DNA from: Mytilus edulis
Lineage: Eukaryota
Reading direction: 5' to 3'
DNA length: 64,000 nt
NCBI RefSeq assembly: GCF_963676685.1
Contig: NC_092352.1
Span: 2,542,001 to 2,606,000, forward strand
How positions within the stretch are numbered: the first letter of the stretch is position 1; every line of letters starts with the position of its first letter. The translations under genes were made by a program, and so were the position numbers. Below are positions 1 through 12,511 of this stretch, one piece after another. The notes beneath the pieces were generated by a model that saw only the letters and a program-made list of their open reading frames with translations, was not told the DNA's origin and made no database searches.

Positions 1-1589
1 CTAAGGAAACGACCATCTAACTGCAAGCGGGGCTTGGGGATTATGTTTTCTTCTTCTAACAAGCAGATGATCAAATAAAATATTCTGAATTCAGATTTTC
101 CCCATACAAAGTGTAAAATTTGAAAAAAATAATTTAATTCATAGCGTCGAAAAACTAAAAAAAAAAAAAGAAGACTTGTTAGCGCTTTGTGCGAAAAAAC
201 AAATCTGACTCCGACAAAAAAAATATTACTTTCACTTTTATTACTTTTTAATGTTAAATGTCAATTTTGCAATAGATCTAGTTCACACGTTTATTATATG
301 ATAGCCCTACCTGATACAGCTTCACTGTTTTGATGATAAACTGAAAGTGATTTAAAGTAAAATGTAGACTGAAAGTGGTTAAAGGAAAATAAATTGAAAT
401 TATTTGCTCTAGATTTTCTAGTATATAATTAGGATAATTAAGTCTTTTATGCGAACTTGAGAAAATTAAACATTGAACATAAAAGAATTCACTTACCTAC
501 CTTTCTTCATGTTTACTTTTTGATTTACACTAATTTGTACCTTACGTGTGTAACAGGTGCCCGTTCTAAAGATCACAATTAAATTACTACCCGTGAGTCT
601 GCAATTCACATGCATCACTCAAAAAATAACCAACACATGTAATAAAGAAATGTTTGCATCTAACAAATCAATTAATTGTTGATGTGTGATGTGTAGAAAT
701 ATTTAACACATGAAGTTCGTCCCTGTGGACCAAACCTATAGATGGTATATACATTCACAGTCAATATATCATACAGGACCTAATCAAACGGTCTAATGGA
801 TCTATTCACTCTGACAACTTGTTGCTGTAGACACTATACATTTGTCATCAAATATTTGGTGCTTATTTTTATTGCGATAATGCAGAGTTATAAAACCTGC
901 AAGTTATCCATAAATCAAAACTAGATTAAATTAGCATCACGAATATGGCCTTGTGTTGTTTTCTAATGTAATATGCTGCTCTTTGAGTCTGGTGTAATCA
1001 TTTTACCTACATTTTATATTTTATATAAAGTTAATTGATGATATTAAATTACAGTTTTTGAAGTACTTTGCGAAAAATTTAACCGTTTGGGAAGGGACAT
1101 AAAGCGGATTCGACACAAGACGTTAGACAAAATTAACATATTACCATAACTCGATATCTGCGTCAATTATTTACATCTGAATTTCAAAATCTCAACGGAA
1201 ATAAACCTTTGATCTTTTACTGAATACAGCTGTACCAGAAACACGTGTCTTGCACACAGAAATTCGTTAAAATAAGTAAAAGATATAGAACGATCATACA
1301 GTAAAAACAATATTGTTCCTGTACAGAAGCGCATTCTCATCTTGGACTCTCGGGGTAGAGTGTACTTGTAGTTATTTGTCTCAAAAGTTAAGCCGTAGAC
1401 TCGCACGTCATCGTGATATCGAAAATATCACTTATTAATAAATAGACAAAGATTATTCAATACTCCGGTTAACCCGAAATGCATCTTTTAGTACATAACA
1501 TTATATCACCATGTCACTTTATATTCAGAAGAACCAGTACTCCTATGAAGTTCAATTAAAAGACTTTCGGCTTTGAAGAGTAAAAAATG

Positions 1590-1965
1590 AAAACAGGCTT
1601 AACAGCATTTTATAAATTTCATGCTTCTACAGCGCTTTTATTGGTATACCATCATCACGGACTCTCCAAGTCGAATTTGTGAAAGCCAATGTTGTATAAA
1701 AACCGAAAACAGTTGACAAAACGCACATACCAATAATAGCCTAATTTAATCTATGTTTGACGGAGTTAAAGTCTTAGTTTCTTACTAAAAACTCAAATAT
1801 TAACGGACAATTTTATAAAAGTTTGTTATTGGTCATGTCAGTACTGAAGTATTAACTACTGTCTGAACTGATGAAAATTACCGGAGAGAGCGGCAGTCTA
1901 CCAGTAGCGGTATAGGACACAGTGATGCAAACAGAGAAAACAACATTTTATAAATTTTATGCAGT
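1590..1965 (-). mobile_element. Highly degenerate retrozyme-like monomer (about 340 bp)
   Basis: CATTTTATAAATTT(C/T)ATGC recurs at about 1606 and 1944. A decayed hammerhead-like core (GTGATGATGGTATACCAATAAAAGCGCTG on minus) lies at about 1629-1658. Confidence 0.35.
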
Positions 1966-3215
1966 CAACAATATAATTTGAAAACTTTAACAGATGTCTT
2001 ATAAAATGTATAACACGTTAAATTTCACAAAAGCCTTTAAATGCATATATAGTACTTCACTTATGCCAATTTATATTCTTTAAAGTCGCTTGCTTTAAAC
2101 GTTGCTATTTAAGTTTTCCTTTTGTGCCACACATTGAGATAAGTGTTGTTTTTACACAGGTGATTTATAGCGTTTCCTAAACTTTAAAAAATCTTTTAAA
2201 TCTTTTCAAATAACTACATGACACGTTGATCTTACGGATTCACAGAATAGACAAAGAGTTTAGGGAACAAACATTTAGCACGAGGGGAAGTTGTTAAATT
2301 TAACTAACAGTTGTGGTATATTCAAATTTATTTAATCTTTAAATCAGGTACATTCATTTAAACAAGTGTGAAAACTTAATAAACATAAACCAAATAGTAT
2401 CAAAGAGATCAAGTAACCTTTTTATATCTGTGCAGGTAATTAACAACCATTAAAGAGTAACATCTACCGCCGTAAAATCTCAAGTGTTCACTTAACAATC
2501 ATGTTCTCATCTATTTATAGGAGAGGAGTCATCTTCAACACAATGTATTTACAAAACATCTGAAAGTACAATGAAAACATAGCACTTATTAATTCAATTC
2601 CAGCGCACTGCGAACGATTTATGTAGATATATAACGGTGTTCCATTGAACTACAAAACATGCTCTTCAATAATTAAAAATCGGCAAACAGTTGGTGTAAT
2701 GTTATCACAGCGACCTACTACAAGTATGTACGTGACTTATAAAAAGGTCAACGTCATTTCAAGTTTTGTTAACCCCATTTGTTTGATTCAATATTACATA
2801 AATACCTTTAATGATATAAGCAACTTAGTGCACAGTAAGAATGACTTTAACACACTAAAGATAAACACTTTACTGGAAAGACTTGAAATACATACTATCA
2901 ATAAAAAAAAATGTCACCATTTTCATAGTTATATCATGAACAGTAAAAAGTTGAGTTCTCTCGAGTTAAGCCAATTTGAAATAGAAAATACTAAAATACG
3001 ATTATATATTAAAAAAGAATAGTAAATGTACAATTAAGACAACAAAAACAAACCAGAAAATAAACATACCCATGATTTTAATTTCAACAAAACACAGCAA
3101 ACGAATGGTTGCAATCTAAATACAAAAGAACAATAACCATTTGTTGTTATTTTCTCGACAAGACTTTCTATTGAACCCCCTTCATTTTTAAATGTTTCCG
3201 TTATTCCGTAAAAGA

Positions 3216-3530
3216 ATAAAATTGAGAATGAAAATGGGGAATGTGTCAAAAAGACAACAGCCAAACCACAAAACAGACAACAGCAGGAGGTCACCAATAG
3301 GTCTCCAATGCAGCGAGAAACTCCCGCACCCGGAGGCGTCACTAAGCTGGCCTCCTAACACATATATGTACTAGTTCAGTGATAATATACGTCGTACTAA
3401 ACTCCGAATTATACACAAGAACTAAAATCAAAATTCATACAAGACTCAAAGGCCAGAGGCTCCTGACTTGGGACAGGCGCAAAAATGCGGCGGGGTTAAA
3501 CACGTTTTTTGAGATCTTAACCCTCCCTTG
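3216..3530 (-). mobile_element. Family A repeat (3'-end fragment of the Naiad-like element)
   Basis: Reverse complement of 9520-10234 without the family B insert. Other copies at about 6085-6375, 17423-17580, 27864-28012, 38370-38602 and 39862-39995; most keep the ATAAAATTGAGAATGGAAATGGGG end and are variably truncated at the other. Confidence 0.8.
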
Positions 3531-3563
3531 TATTTTCATTTTCTCATTGCTCTTTACGTGTTG

Positions 3564-3933
3564 GGGCACCATGCATCCATTCCAACAAGATACTTGATTC
3601 CTCCATTATATTAACACCTCATTATATCAGTAGGGGGAGGGCACCATGCATCCATTCCAATAAGATACTTGATTCCTCCATTATATTAACACCTCATTAT
3701 ATCAGTAGGGGGAGGGCACCATGCATCCATTCCAATAAGATACTTGATTCCTCCATTATATTAACACCTCATTATATCAGTAGGGGGGAGGGCACCATGC
3801 ATCCATTCCAACAAGATACTTGATTCCTCCATTATATCAACACCTCATTATATCAGTAGGGGGAGGGCACCATGCATCCATTCCAACAAGATACTTGATT
3901 CCTACATTATAAAACACCTCATTATATCAGTAG
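3564..3933. repeat. Tandem repeat, about 5 x 75 bp
   Basis: GCACCATGCATCC starts at 3566, 3641, 3716, 3792 and 3867. A 2 x 35-bp duplication follows at 3935-4004. Confidence 0.95.
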
Positions 3934-6900
3934 TTGCCACTTATATATACGTAACTTTATATTACATGCTGCCACTTATATATACGTAACTTTATTTTAC
4001 ATGCATGGCGACAGAAATAAGAAGGTCAATGGAAAATCAGAACAATTATTTGAAAATGAGGATGTGTTCATTTCATGTTATGAATTCACTTAAGCACTAA
4101 TAATTGAAGATTAATGGGGAAATTTGGCATAAATATAATTCAAAGCTCATCTATGGAGTATTGATTGGTAGATGATGTAGACAGGAAACTGATTTCTGAA
4201 CAGGAATAGATTATTTCATCTAAATGACTACTCAGCTTTTACAGACTCGCTCTATTCTAAATCAAATCTAAACGGGAAATTAAATTCCAGAAAATTGGCC
4301 TTAATTTGACATTTTTTAACGACGCCTATATCTTGAACAAATTAATAATCTTGATGAATGCAAGGCGAACGAGTTTTATTTAGAGTCAAGGGTGTACTGC
4401 TTGTCATAAAGATGTTGACGTTAATGAAATGGCACCGTCGTTTATGACTGACGTAAATGACTGCTTGGGAAGAAATGAAAACGAAAATAAGTTTGCAAGT
4501 AGTGTAATCGCAAACAAATAAATCAATAGAATATTCTATAAATATCTCAAACTAAAAAGGGGGTTTACGCAGTTTGTAAAGGGAACGGTAATTAGCAAAA
4601 TGTTAATGTTAATAAGTTAAAAAATTAAGGACTCAGGATATTTCTAATAATTCTGCGCCGTCTAGCTGAACGTACTTATTTTGTATTTTTGTGATATTTG
4701 ATAGTTTATGCTGATATATATTACGTTCATGGGGAATTTTACGTCTTACCAGGTCGAAATTCTCACAGAACTTTATGAAGGGCATTTTGAGTGACACTTT
4801 GGAAGATGAACATTGCATATCTAAAATGAGGTTTTTTCAGTTGCTATCTTTGTGCTTTCTTTATCCCCAGTAACACACGAAGGGTGAACTATCTTAACAA
4901 CTTATTTGGGATAATTTTTCATGAAACCCTTTAACAAACGTTATATGTTGCTGAACACAATCAATATTGTTGTTCTCTTTTCGTTTAATCTTTATATTTA
5001 GAGTATTTGTAAGAAGATATATTCAGAAATCTCAGCTGATTTATATATTTTGAATTATGAGATTAAAAAACATTGATCTATGATAAAAGAGATAGTTTGT
5101 AATAAAAAAAATAAGAAATAGGAAACTTCTTTAACAACCTTACAGTAGAAGTTGGATGCTGAATGTATATAAAGTTTCCAAACTAAATTAGGAAGAAATG
5201 TTTGTAATTAGACTATAACTTAACCATATACAACATGGCAGTTTTACACGTCAGGACGCTGTAATTCTACTTTCTAATTTCATCCTTTGATTTATGATTC
5301 GCCATCATCGCGATAAAAATCTTTGCTGGAAAATTATTTATTGTTTTTGGATGGCGAATATCCCTACAGAACGCTGATTACGTAATGCTTAGATAAAAAA
5401 TCATTAACAACGTACGTTATATCTGATCATACATCAAACGCTGGTACAATGCACTACCATTTTATAATTCAATAATTTGAGAGAAAATACAAATGAAATT
5501 TAAATTGATTTCATCTATCTACGTAAGACAAACATCACGTGACCAATATGTACCTTTGTAATTTGTGAAAATTGCTTTCTCTGACTTACAACTTGTTACA
5601 AGGACAATAATGTCAGATAGGTAGTATATAAGAGGAATATAAAAAATATAAATAATTCATTTGAAAAATATATAGAAGGAAATCAGTTTTAAAAAGATGA
5701 AATACTCCGGCAACCAGGGATTATTCGATATCTTGAATTGAGAGATGTCATTTTTATATTTATCACTTCATGACCATCCCAATAGTGGTGACTTTTTTGT
5801 ATATGCAACTATAGCTGTCTTTGATATTTTGACCAATCAGAATTGTGAAAGACATTTACAAAAAGGTCAGAAAGCTGGGATGGTTTTTTAAAAGTCAGCA
5901 CCACCTTTCAAACATGTTTTCGAGCCCTTTCTGATCTTTTCTGTTATGATTGTAGAATATGTTCAGACGTCTTAGATTTCAATGAATATGAAGCTTCCGT
6001 TACTTAAACATCTGATGGCTTTATATCATTATCATTTTTTTTTTACATTATACCAAACTTTTCGTAAATTTAAAACATTTACAACAACCCTAACAAAGAG
6101 CAGACAGCATTCGAAGGCCCAGAATGGGTCTTCAACGCAGCGAGAAAATCCCGCACCTGGAGGTGGTCCCCAGCTGGCCCCTAAATGAAATGTTTACTAG
6201 GTCAGTGAAAATGGACGTCACACTAAACTCCAAAACATATAAATGAACTTAAATTTAAAAAAATATATACAAACTAACAAATGACAGAGGCGGGGTTAAA
6301 CATGTGTTGTGAGATCTAAACCCTCCCCCTATACCTCTAGATCTAAACCCTCCCCCTATACCTCTAGCCATTGTAGAATAAACAAACACATAATGATATA
6401 GCATAGGTTACTATATAAAAAAAACAGCACTTTTACAGTGTACATGTACATACGCAATGTGATGGTACCATTCACAACAAACATGTACCACGTTCTATAT
6501 GTGTCTTATAATTGAAAAAAAAGATTGTGTACCCATTTGGTCGTCGTCCATCATAATGTTTTTTTGGTTATGTTATGTCAGTTTTAAATCAGACTGTTAG
6601 TTTTCTCATTTGCTTTTGTATTATGAATTGTTATACCGGGGTCAGGTAAACCTTAAATTACTTAATGGTCTGAGACTTTCTCATTGTTGAAGGTCTTACA
6701 GTGACCTTTAGTTGTATAGTTTATCTATCTTTGATCTTTGGTTGCTGTTGTCTCAGGAGAATCATACTAGTTAGATCTCCGTATTTTTATACTACAATTA
6801 TATACATATGAAGTGTCATAGTGGAAATAACATCTAACGAAATTTAATTTGCGTTCTTCTGTTACGGGACAAGTTAAGTAAAGGCTTGACGAACCGACCC

Positions 6901-7352
6901 TATGAAATGTTCCACGTTGTCATTTCAAGTTAAGGCTGAGTAAGCAACACATTTGTATGTAAAGTACGATACCGGAAATTCTCTTGGTGTTTGTGCTGAT
7001 CTGTTGGCTTTAACACTGTAAATGTTTCCAAGCCGTATAAATAATTAGTAGAGACTTAGAACATTGCTATTGTCGAATCCCCCGGGACGACATTACAATC
7101 GACGTAAAACACCAATACACTAGTAATTGCTTTCTTCTCAAAAAATGTTTCCTATGCTAAAGTGGGTTATATATTTGGTGTATTCTTCTAAAAGTGCATT
7201 CGTTAATGGAAAATTTACAAAATCACATTACGATTGGAATGCCATTATGAATTTGACACCAAAGTTTGAACATTACGTAGTTTATAATTCTTTTTCAGTT
7301 GAAAGCGGTTACAAATGGACTGACCACAGATAACAGGAATAAAATTGTATAT

Positions 7353-7390
7353 GTTAGAAGCACGTTTCGTCTACAAGAGACTCAGTGTCA
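7353..7390 (-). ncRNA. Degenerate minimal type I hammerhead ribozyme relic
   Basis: Minus strand CTGA-GTCT-cttgt-AGAC-GAAA-CGTGC-TTC; 3 nt missing from the CUGAUGA core. Confidence 0.6.
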
Positions 7391-9223
7391 CTCGATTCAA
7401 AAACAATTAAAAGACAAAATAAACAGCGAGATTGAAGAGCATTGAGGATCAAAATTCCGAAAGGTTTCACCTAATACAGCTTAAGATACAGACAAAAAAA
7501 TGATATTAAATGGCTTGGTAATTTTTTATCACGCAAGGGCTGACAATTCAAAACATTCCAGAAGCACCATGTGTACAAAAGCTGTCATAACTGTGCCCAA
7601 ATTTCAATTGGCTTCACCAATAACGTTCTTCCACATCCAATGGAAGCACTAAGTATTGTAAATATATTATAAGGGCCCAAAAGATTTCGTCCTGAAACCA
7701 AACTTTTTGACTTTTTTCAGTAAAAATCATTTCAAGATTAACGTTTATTCCAAAGATCTTGTTTATCTGGGACTGTATTTTTAAGAAAACATTGTATTTC
7801 AGGTTAATATAAGTTTTTCAATAGTCGACAAACCCACATAAAAAAACAGAACTGGTAGAATATCAACCTGCGTTTACCAAGTTAACATCATATTAGTCAT
7901 ACCTTGGCTTACCCTTGTCGATTCCCTAACTTATCAATAATAACCTGCGTTTACCAAGGCAATATCTTATGTTTAGTTATATATGTTTGTAAAAACCTAG
8001 GTATAATATTATTCAACATATATATCTTACTGTCAGTACTTTATATATAATCACATATGACCGTCTTGTGAGACATAATATCAACCATTATATATGCAGC
8101 AGTTAAAACTAATGGATACCAATATTGCTTTGATAAGATTTCATTGTTTTAATTCATCAAAAGAGAGCTTAGTACTTGACTATAAATGTCTGCATTACTA
8201 AACTGATAAATGTAGTAAGAGATCTGTCGTATTTAACTTTTTCTCCAGTTTTTAAGAGTTGTCTTCTCTTATGAATATAATATATATACGGGAGAACGAC
8301 TGCAAAGTGTAGAGAATCAGAGGGCATTAGTACAAGGGACAATTTTGTTACAATTGACAGTAAGTAAACAATGCTTTGAAAACAAGAAAGAAACAAACAA
8401 CGAATTGTATTTAAGTTGTAATTATTGGTCAAAATATTGATGCTCCGACAAAAGACAGATGTTTACACAAAAACACGTCAAGCTCTTAAATACCCCAAGA
8501 GTTTTATAATAAAATTAACAGATATTATCAAAGTTCGCATCGACATAAAATTCCCAAAACTGAATCATTCAAATATAAATACAGGCAGCCACAAGGGACA
8601 AACATAGCCATGTGGCGAGGTTAAATAACTGCTTTAAGTCTTCAACCCTCGCCCTTTACATGTACTAAAAACTGAAATAACAAAAAGCAACAATAAGTAA
8701 TAAACAAAACATAATCATAATAATTAAGACAATGATTCAAAATTTTCTAATGAATAAATGTATTTTAGCAAGACGGTGTTTATATACATATGTATCTCAA
8801 CTTGTACGATTCGCTCGTGTATGTGACAATGTTTTAGATTTTAACGAGAGAAATTTATGTATTACTGAAAAATTATTACACCAGGGTTTTCGATATCACA
8901 AACTAGTCAAAACATTTACTAAATTTTATCATCGGTATAAGGACATCATTCGTAAATATAGCTCAACATGCAGACTTCTTATACGTTCAGGTATTTCACA
9001 TCCAATTTTTTATGGAAATATTCTTTATAAAGCACAAAGGTGTCAGTATTCACCTCAAAAACTAACAAAACCTTTGAATAGACTTATTAAGAAGGGATAT
9101 AGTTACGATACTGTTGTCAGGTCATTAAAGATTGCATATTTTGGCGTTAATATTGATTATATTATAGGGTCTTTGCATCGGAACTAAACACATTTATTCA
9201 AAAACCAGTTGTTGGCATGACAC

Positions 9224-9318
9224 GGGTTATGTTCTTCTCATATATGTTATGATGGTATGATACTAAACCCCTAACGGGAGGGATTGTGGCTGATGTTCAT
9301 ATGATGAAATCATAATCT
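9224..9318 (+). promoter_or_regulatory. SECIS-like element (type II) in the 3' UTR of the Penelope-like element
   Basis: Hand fold: helix I GGTTATG..TTC..TCATAT / ATATGA..GAA..CATAATC; core ATGAT (9249-9253) / TGAT (9291-9294); 11-position helix II GGTATGATACT / GGGATTGTGGC; AAA 12 nt after ATGA, then a CCC/GGG mini-stem. Confidence 0.7.
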
Positions 9319-9545
9319 TTTAGTCAGTTTAATTGAAGTCTGGAGCTGGCATGTCAGTTAACTGCTAGTTGTCTGTTGTTATTTATGTATTATTGTCATT
9401 TTGTTTATTTTCTTTGGTTACATCTTCTGACATCAGACTCGGACTTCTCTGGAACTGAATTTTAATGTGCGTATTGTTATGCGTTTACTTTTCTACATTG
9501 GCTAGAGGTATAGGGGGAGGGTTGAGATCTCACAAACATGTTTAG

Positions 9546-9950
9546 TTAAGTCTGCCAATTGATATTTTATCGTATGTTTTTCTTTGTTGTGATGTTATGC
9601 TATTGTTTCAGAAAAAGGGAGAAGGTTTGGATCCATTAAAACGTTTAATCCCGCTGCAAATGTTTGCACCTGTCCTAAGTCAGGAATCTGATGTACAGTA
9701 GTTGTCGTTTGTTTATGTAATATATACGTGTTTCTCGTTTCTCGTTTTGTTTATATAGATTAGACCGTTGGTTTTCCCGTTTGAATGGTTTTACACTAGT
9801 AATTTTGGGGCCCTTTATAGCTTGTTGTTCGGTGTGAGCTAAGGCTCCGTGTTGAAGGCCGTACTTTAACCTATAATGGTTTACTTTTTAAATTGTTATT
9901 TGTATGGAGAGTTGTCTCATTGGCACTCACACCACATCTTCCTATATCTA
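9546..9950 (+). mobile_element. Family B dispersed repeat (probable PLE 3'-end derivative) inserted into family A
   Basis: Splits the family A motif CATGTTTAACCCCGC with an apparent TTA duplication. Very similar to 47555-47940. Confidence 0.8.
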
Positions 9951-10522
9951 TTAACCCCGCCGCATTTTTGCGCCTGTCCCAAGTCAGGAGCCTCTGGCCT
10001 TTGTTAGTCTTGTATTATTTTTATTTTAGTTTCTTGTGTACAATTTGGAAATTAGTATGGCGTTCATTATCACTGAACTAGTATATATTTGTTTAGGGGC
10101 CAGTTGAAGGACGCCTCCGGGTGCGGGAATTTCTCGCTACATTGAAGACCTGTTGGTGACCTTCTGCTGTTGTTTTTTCCTATGGTCGGGTTGTTGTCTC
10201 TTTGGCACATTCCCCATTTCCATTCTCAATTTTATGTCGAAAAACTAAAAAAATAGTTTAGTAACGTATAAAATACATCTGTTTTTATAAAATACTTCCA
10301 GAATACGCCGTTTTGTGTTCGACACACATAATATAAACCTAATGCAAAGACTTGAATATGTATTCAGCTGGATACCGCATGTATAGCTAAAAATATTTTA
10401 AAACTCAAAAAGAAAAGTTAGCGGTTTGATGTTATCGGAAACATAGCCCATAGCAAATCATGGACACAGGATCTATATTTTAATGTATTTTGAAGAAGGG
10501 TATTTTTCTAAAGTATAATAAA

Positions 10523-10725
10523 AAATAAAATCACAAAAATACTGAACTCTGAAAATTCAAAACGAAAAGTCCCTAATCAAATAGCAAAATCAAATAATAA
10601 AACACATCAAACGAATGGACAACAAGTGTCATTTTCCTGACTTGGTACAGGTATTTTCAACTGTAGAAAATAGTTGATTAAACCTGGTTTTAAAGCGCTA
10701 AACCTCTCACTTGTATGACAGTCGA
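10523..10725 (-). mobile_element. Family D dispersed repeat (probable PLE 3'-end derivative)
   Basis: Homologous to 40790-41375, 42642-42885, 50308-50465 and inverted 51615-51905. Carries the CCTG-TACCAAGT-CAGG motif. Confidence 0.75.
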
Positions 10726-10734
10726 GTGATATAC

Positions 10735-11025
10735 CTCCAAACGTAGTGACCAGCTAGAGTAAGCAAAATCTGTTCTAACCAAATATATAGGATAATATGC
10801 ACTCTAAACGTAGTGACCAGCTTGAGTGATTAAAATCTGTTCTAACCAAATATATTGGATATGCACTCTAAACGTAGTGACCAGCTTGAGTGAGTAAAAT
10901 CTGTTCTAACCAAATATATAGGATGATATGCATTATAAACGTAGTGACCAGCTCGAGTGAGTAAAATCTGTTCTAACCAAATATATAGGATAATATGCAT
11001 TCTAAACGTAGTGACCAGCTAGGAT
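10735..11025. repeat. Tandem repeat, about 4.3 x 65-68 bp
   Basis: AAACGTAGTGACCAGCT...AAAATCTGTTCTAACCAAATATAT repeated. Confidence 0.95.
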
Positions 11026-12468
11026 GAGTGCAAAACATTAAAATGCAATTATTCAATTACTGTTCAGACATTATGAAATATTAAGTTGATGTCAAAAGTA
11101 ATTTGTGACAAACTACTCTTATTAAAAAAGACATAATATAATTACCTCTGTAATGTCAGCTTGTATTCAACATTTTATGAGACAAATGATTTGATTTAAA
11201 TTGCCAGGGTAAACATGGGGCTTCCAATGTCATCTATACACTTTATTGTGAAGTTAGGAAATACGAAATTTACTTTTAATTTTACTAAGTGAAACGTCTA
11301 TTTCAAAACATCAATAATCTTGCTTTAAATACTTGAAACGATTTCAAAGGGAACAGCTTTTGATTTATTGTCATAGTTCCAAATTAACACAATTACTTTC
11401 GATTAAAAATGTGAGTTAAACCTGGTTTTACAGTACATCCAACCTCCCATGTAATAAATATCTATCTTTAACAAAAATACGGACAAGTTCGTGATCATGT
11501 CAATTTGCGGGAAGGTTTGGTATATAAAATCATAAAATCCACCGTAAACTCTAATGAGGAAGGTACAACATCTCTTGTCACACATACATGTATTTGCCAC
11601 CTATGTCTCAGACAATATTTTTGAGCCTCTACCGTACATGTATCTAGATCATGTTTTTCTCAATAATAAGTGGTTCATAATGGTTTATTCTAAACTGACA
11701 TTAGCCATCTCAGACCCACATAATGGGCTTCAACAGTAGTATAGTAGGCATAAACAGATAGAAAAGGAACACACGAGAGTTTGAATTTACAAATATTAAT
11801 TACTTTACATAAATACTGATGTTTGTTTTTAATTCTGTGGTGAGGTCTTTGTCCTCTTTTTATTATTGCATGAACTAACTATGACTGAAAAACATATAAT
11901 TAACTCAATGAAATTATATGTGTTTCGATATCGCATGTCTCATTAAAATGTATCGTTATATTTGCGATGAATCAAAGCATATGCTTTAAAGATTATCAAA
12001 GACAAATGAAAACATATAGCTTCAAAGATATTAGTAATGATTCTTCCTAAAAAGAAAACAAAATACGAAATATATAGAACAAACTTTAAAACAACAATTC
12101 TAGTTCAGCACATTGTAACGCAATATGTTTCGTCATGTATGTTGCTCTAATATACCTCAATTTACATTATTTTTTTTTCCCCATTTATTAAGTCTTAACA
12201 TTTTAGGTTGTTTTCTAGTGCCCATTGTGTACAAGGGACTAAGCAGTATATTTTTTATATTAGTTTTTTTTTCTTCTACATTCAGTGGAAAATGTGTCAT
12301 GAGAATACGGATAATCAAATTACAATACATCATATAGGTCCTTCAACTTCCCCCAAACAGTTATTGCCAAATAACACAGTCTCTACACGAGTCAGTGAAT
12401 GGTAGTAAGAAGACCAGTCATTCTGTTTTGTATTGTGAATTGTTTATTTTTAAGGTACCATACTTACT

Positions 12469-12511
12469 ACACAAGATGCGCATTTCGACAGTTAACATGT
12501 CTTCAGTGGTG
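12469..12511 (-). ncRNA. Degenerate minimal type I hammerhead ribozyme (second family)
   Basis: Minus strand CACCA-CTGAA-GACA-tgttaac-TGTC-GAAA-TGCGCA-TC-TTGTG; palindromic loop III; core lacks one GA. Confidence 0.65.

Larger units (their letters stand above)
8773..10234 (+). mobile_element. 5'-truncated Penelope-like retroelement (Naiad-type): RT C-terminus plus 3' UTR/pLTR (family A), with a nested family B insertion
   Basis: ORF 8732-9187 contains YVSQLVRFARVC...LLHQGFRYHKLVKTFTKFYHRY, resembling the PLE RT C-terminus. No GIY-YIG follows, consistent with N-terminal-EN Naiads. The downstream sequence runs into the dispersed family A repeat ending CCATTCTCAATTTTAT at 10234. Confidence 0.8.

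Noticed and set aside
147-10253. GTCGAAAAACTAAAAAAA at about 147 and 10236 as a target-site duplication
   Set aside because: Low complexity, 10 kb apart, and no single element between them.
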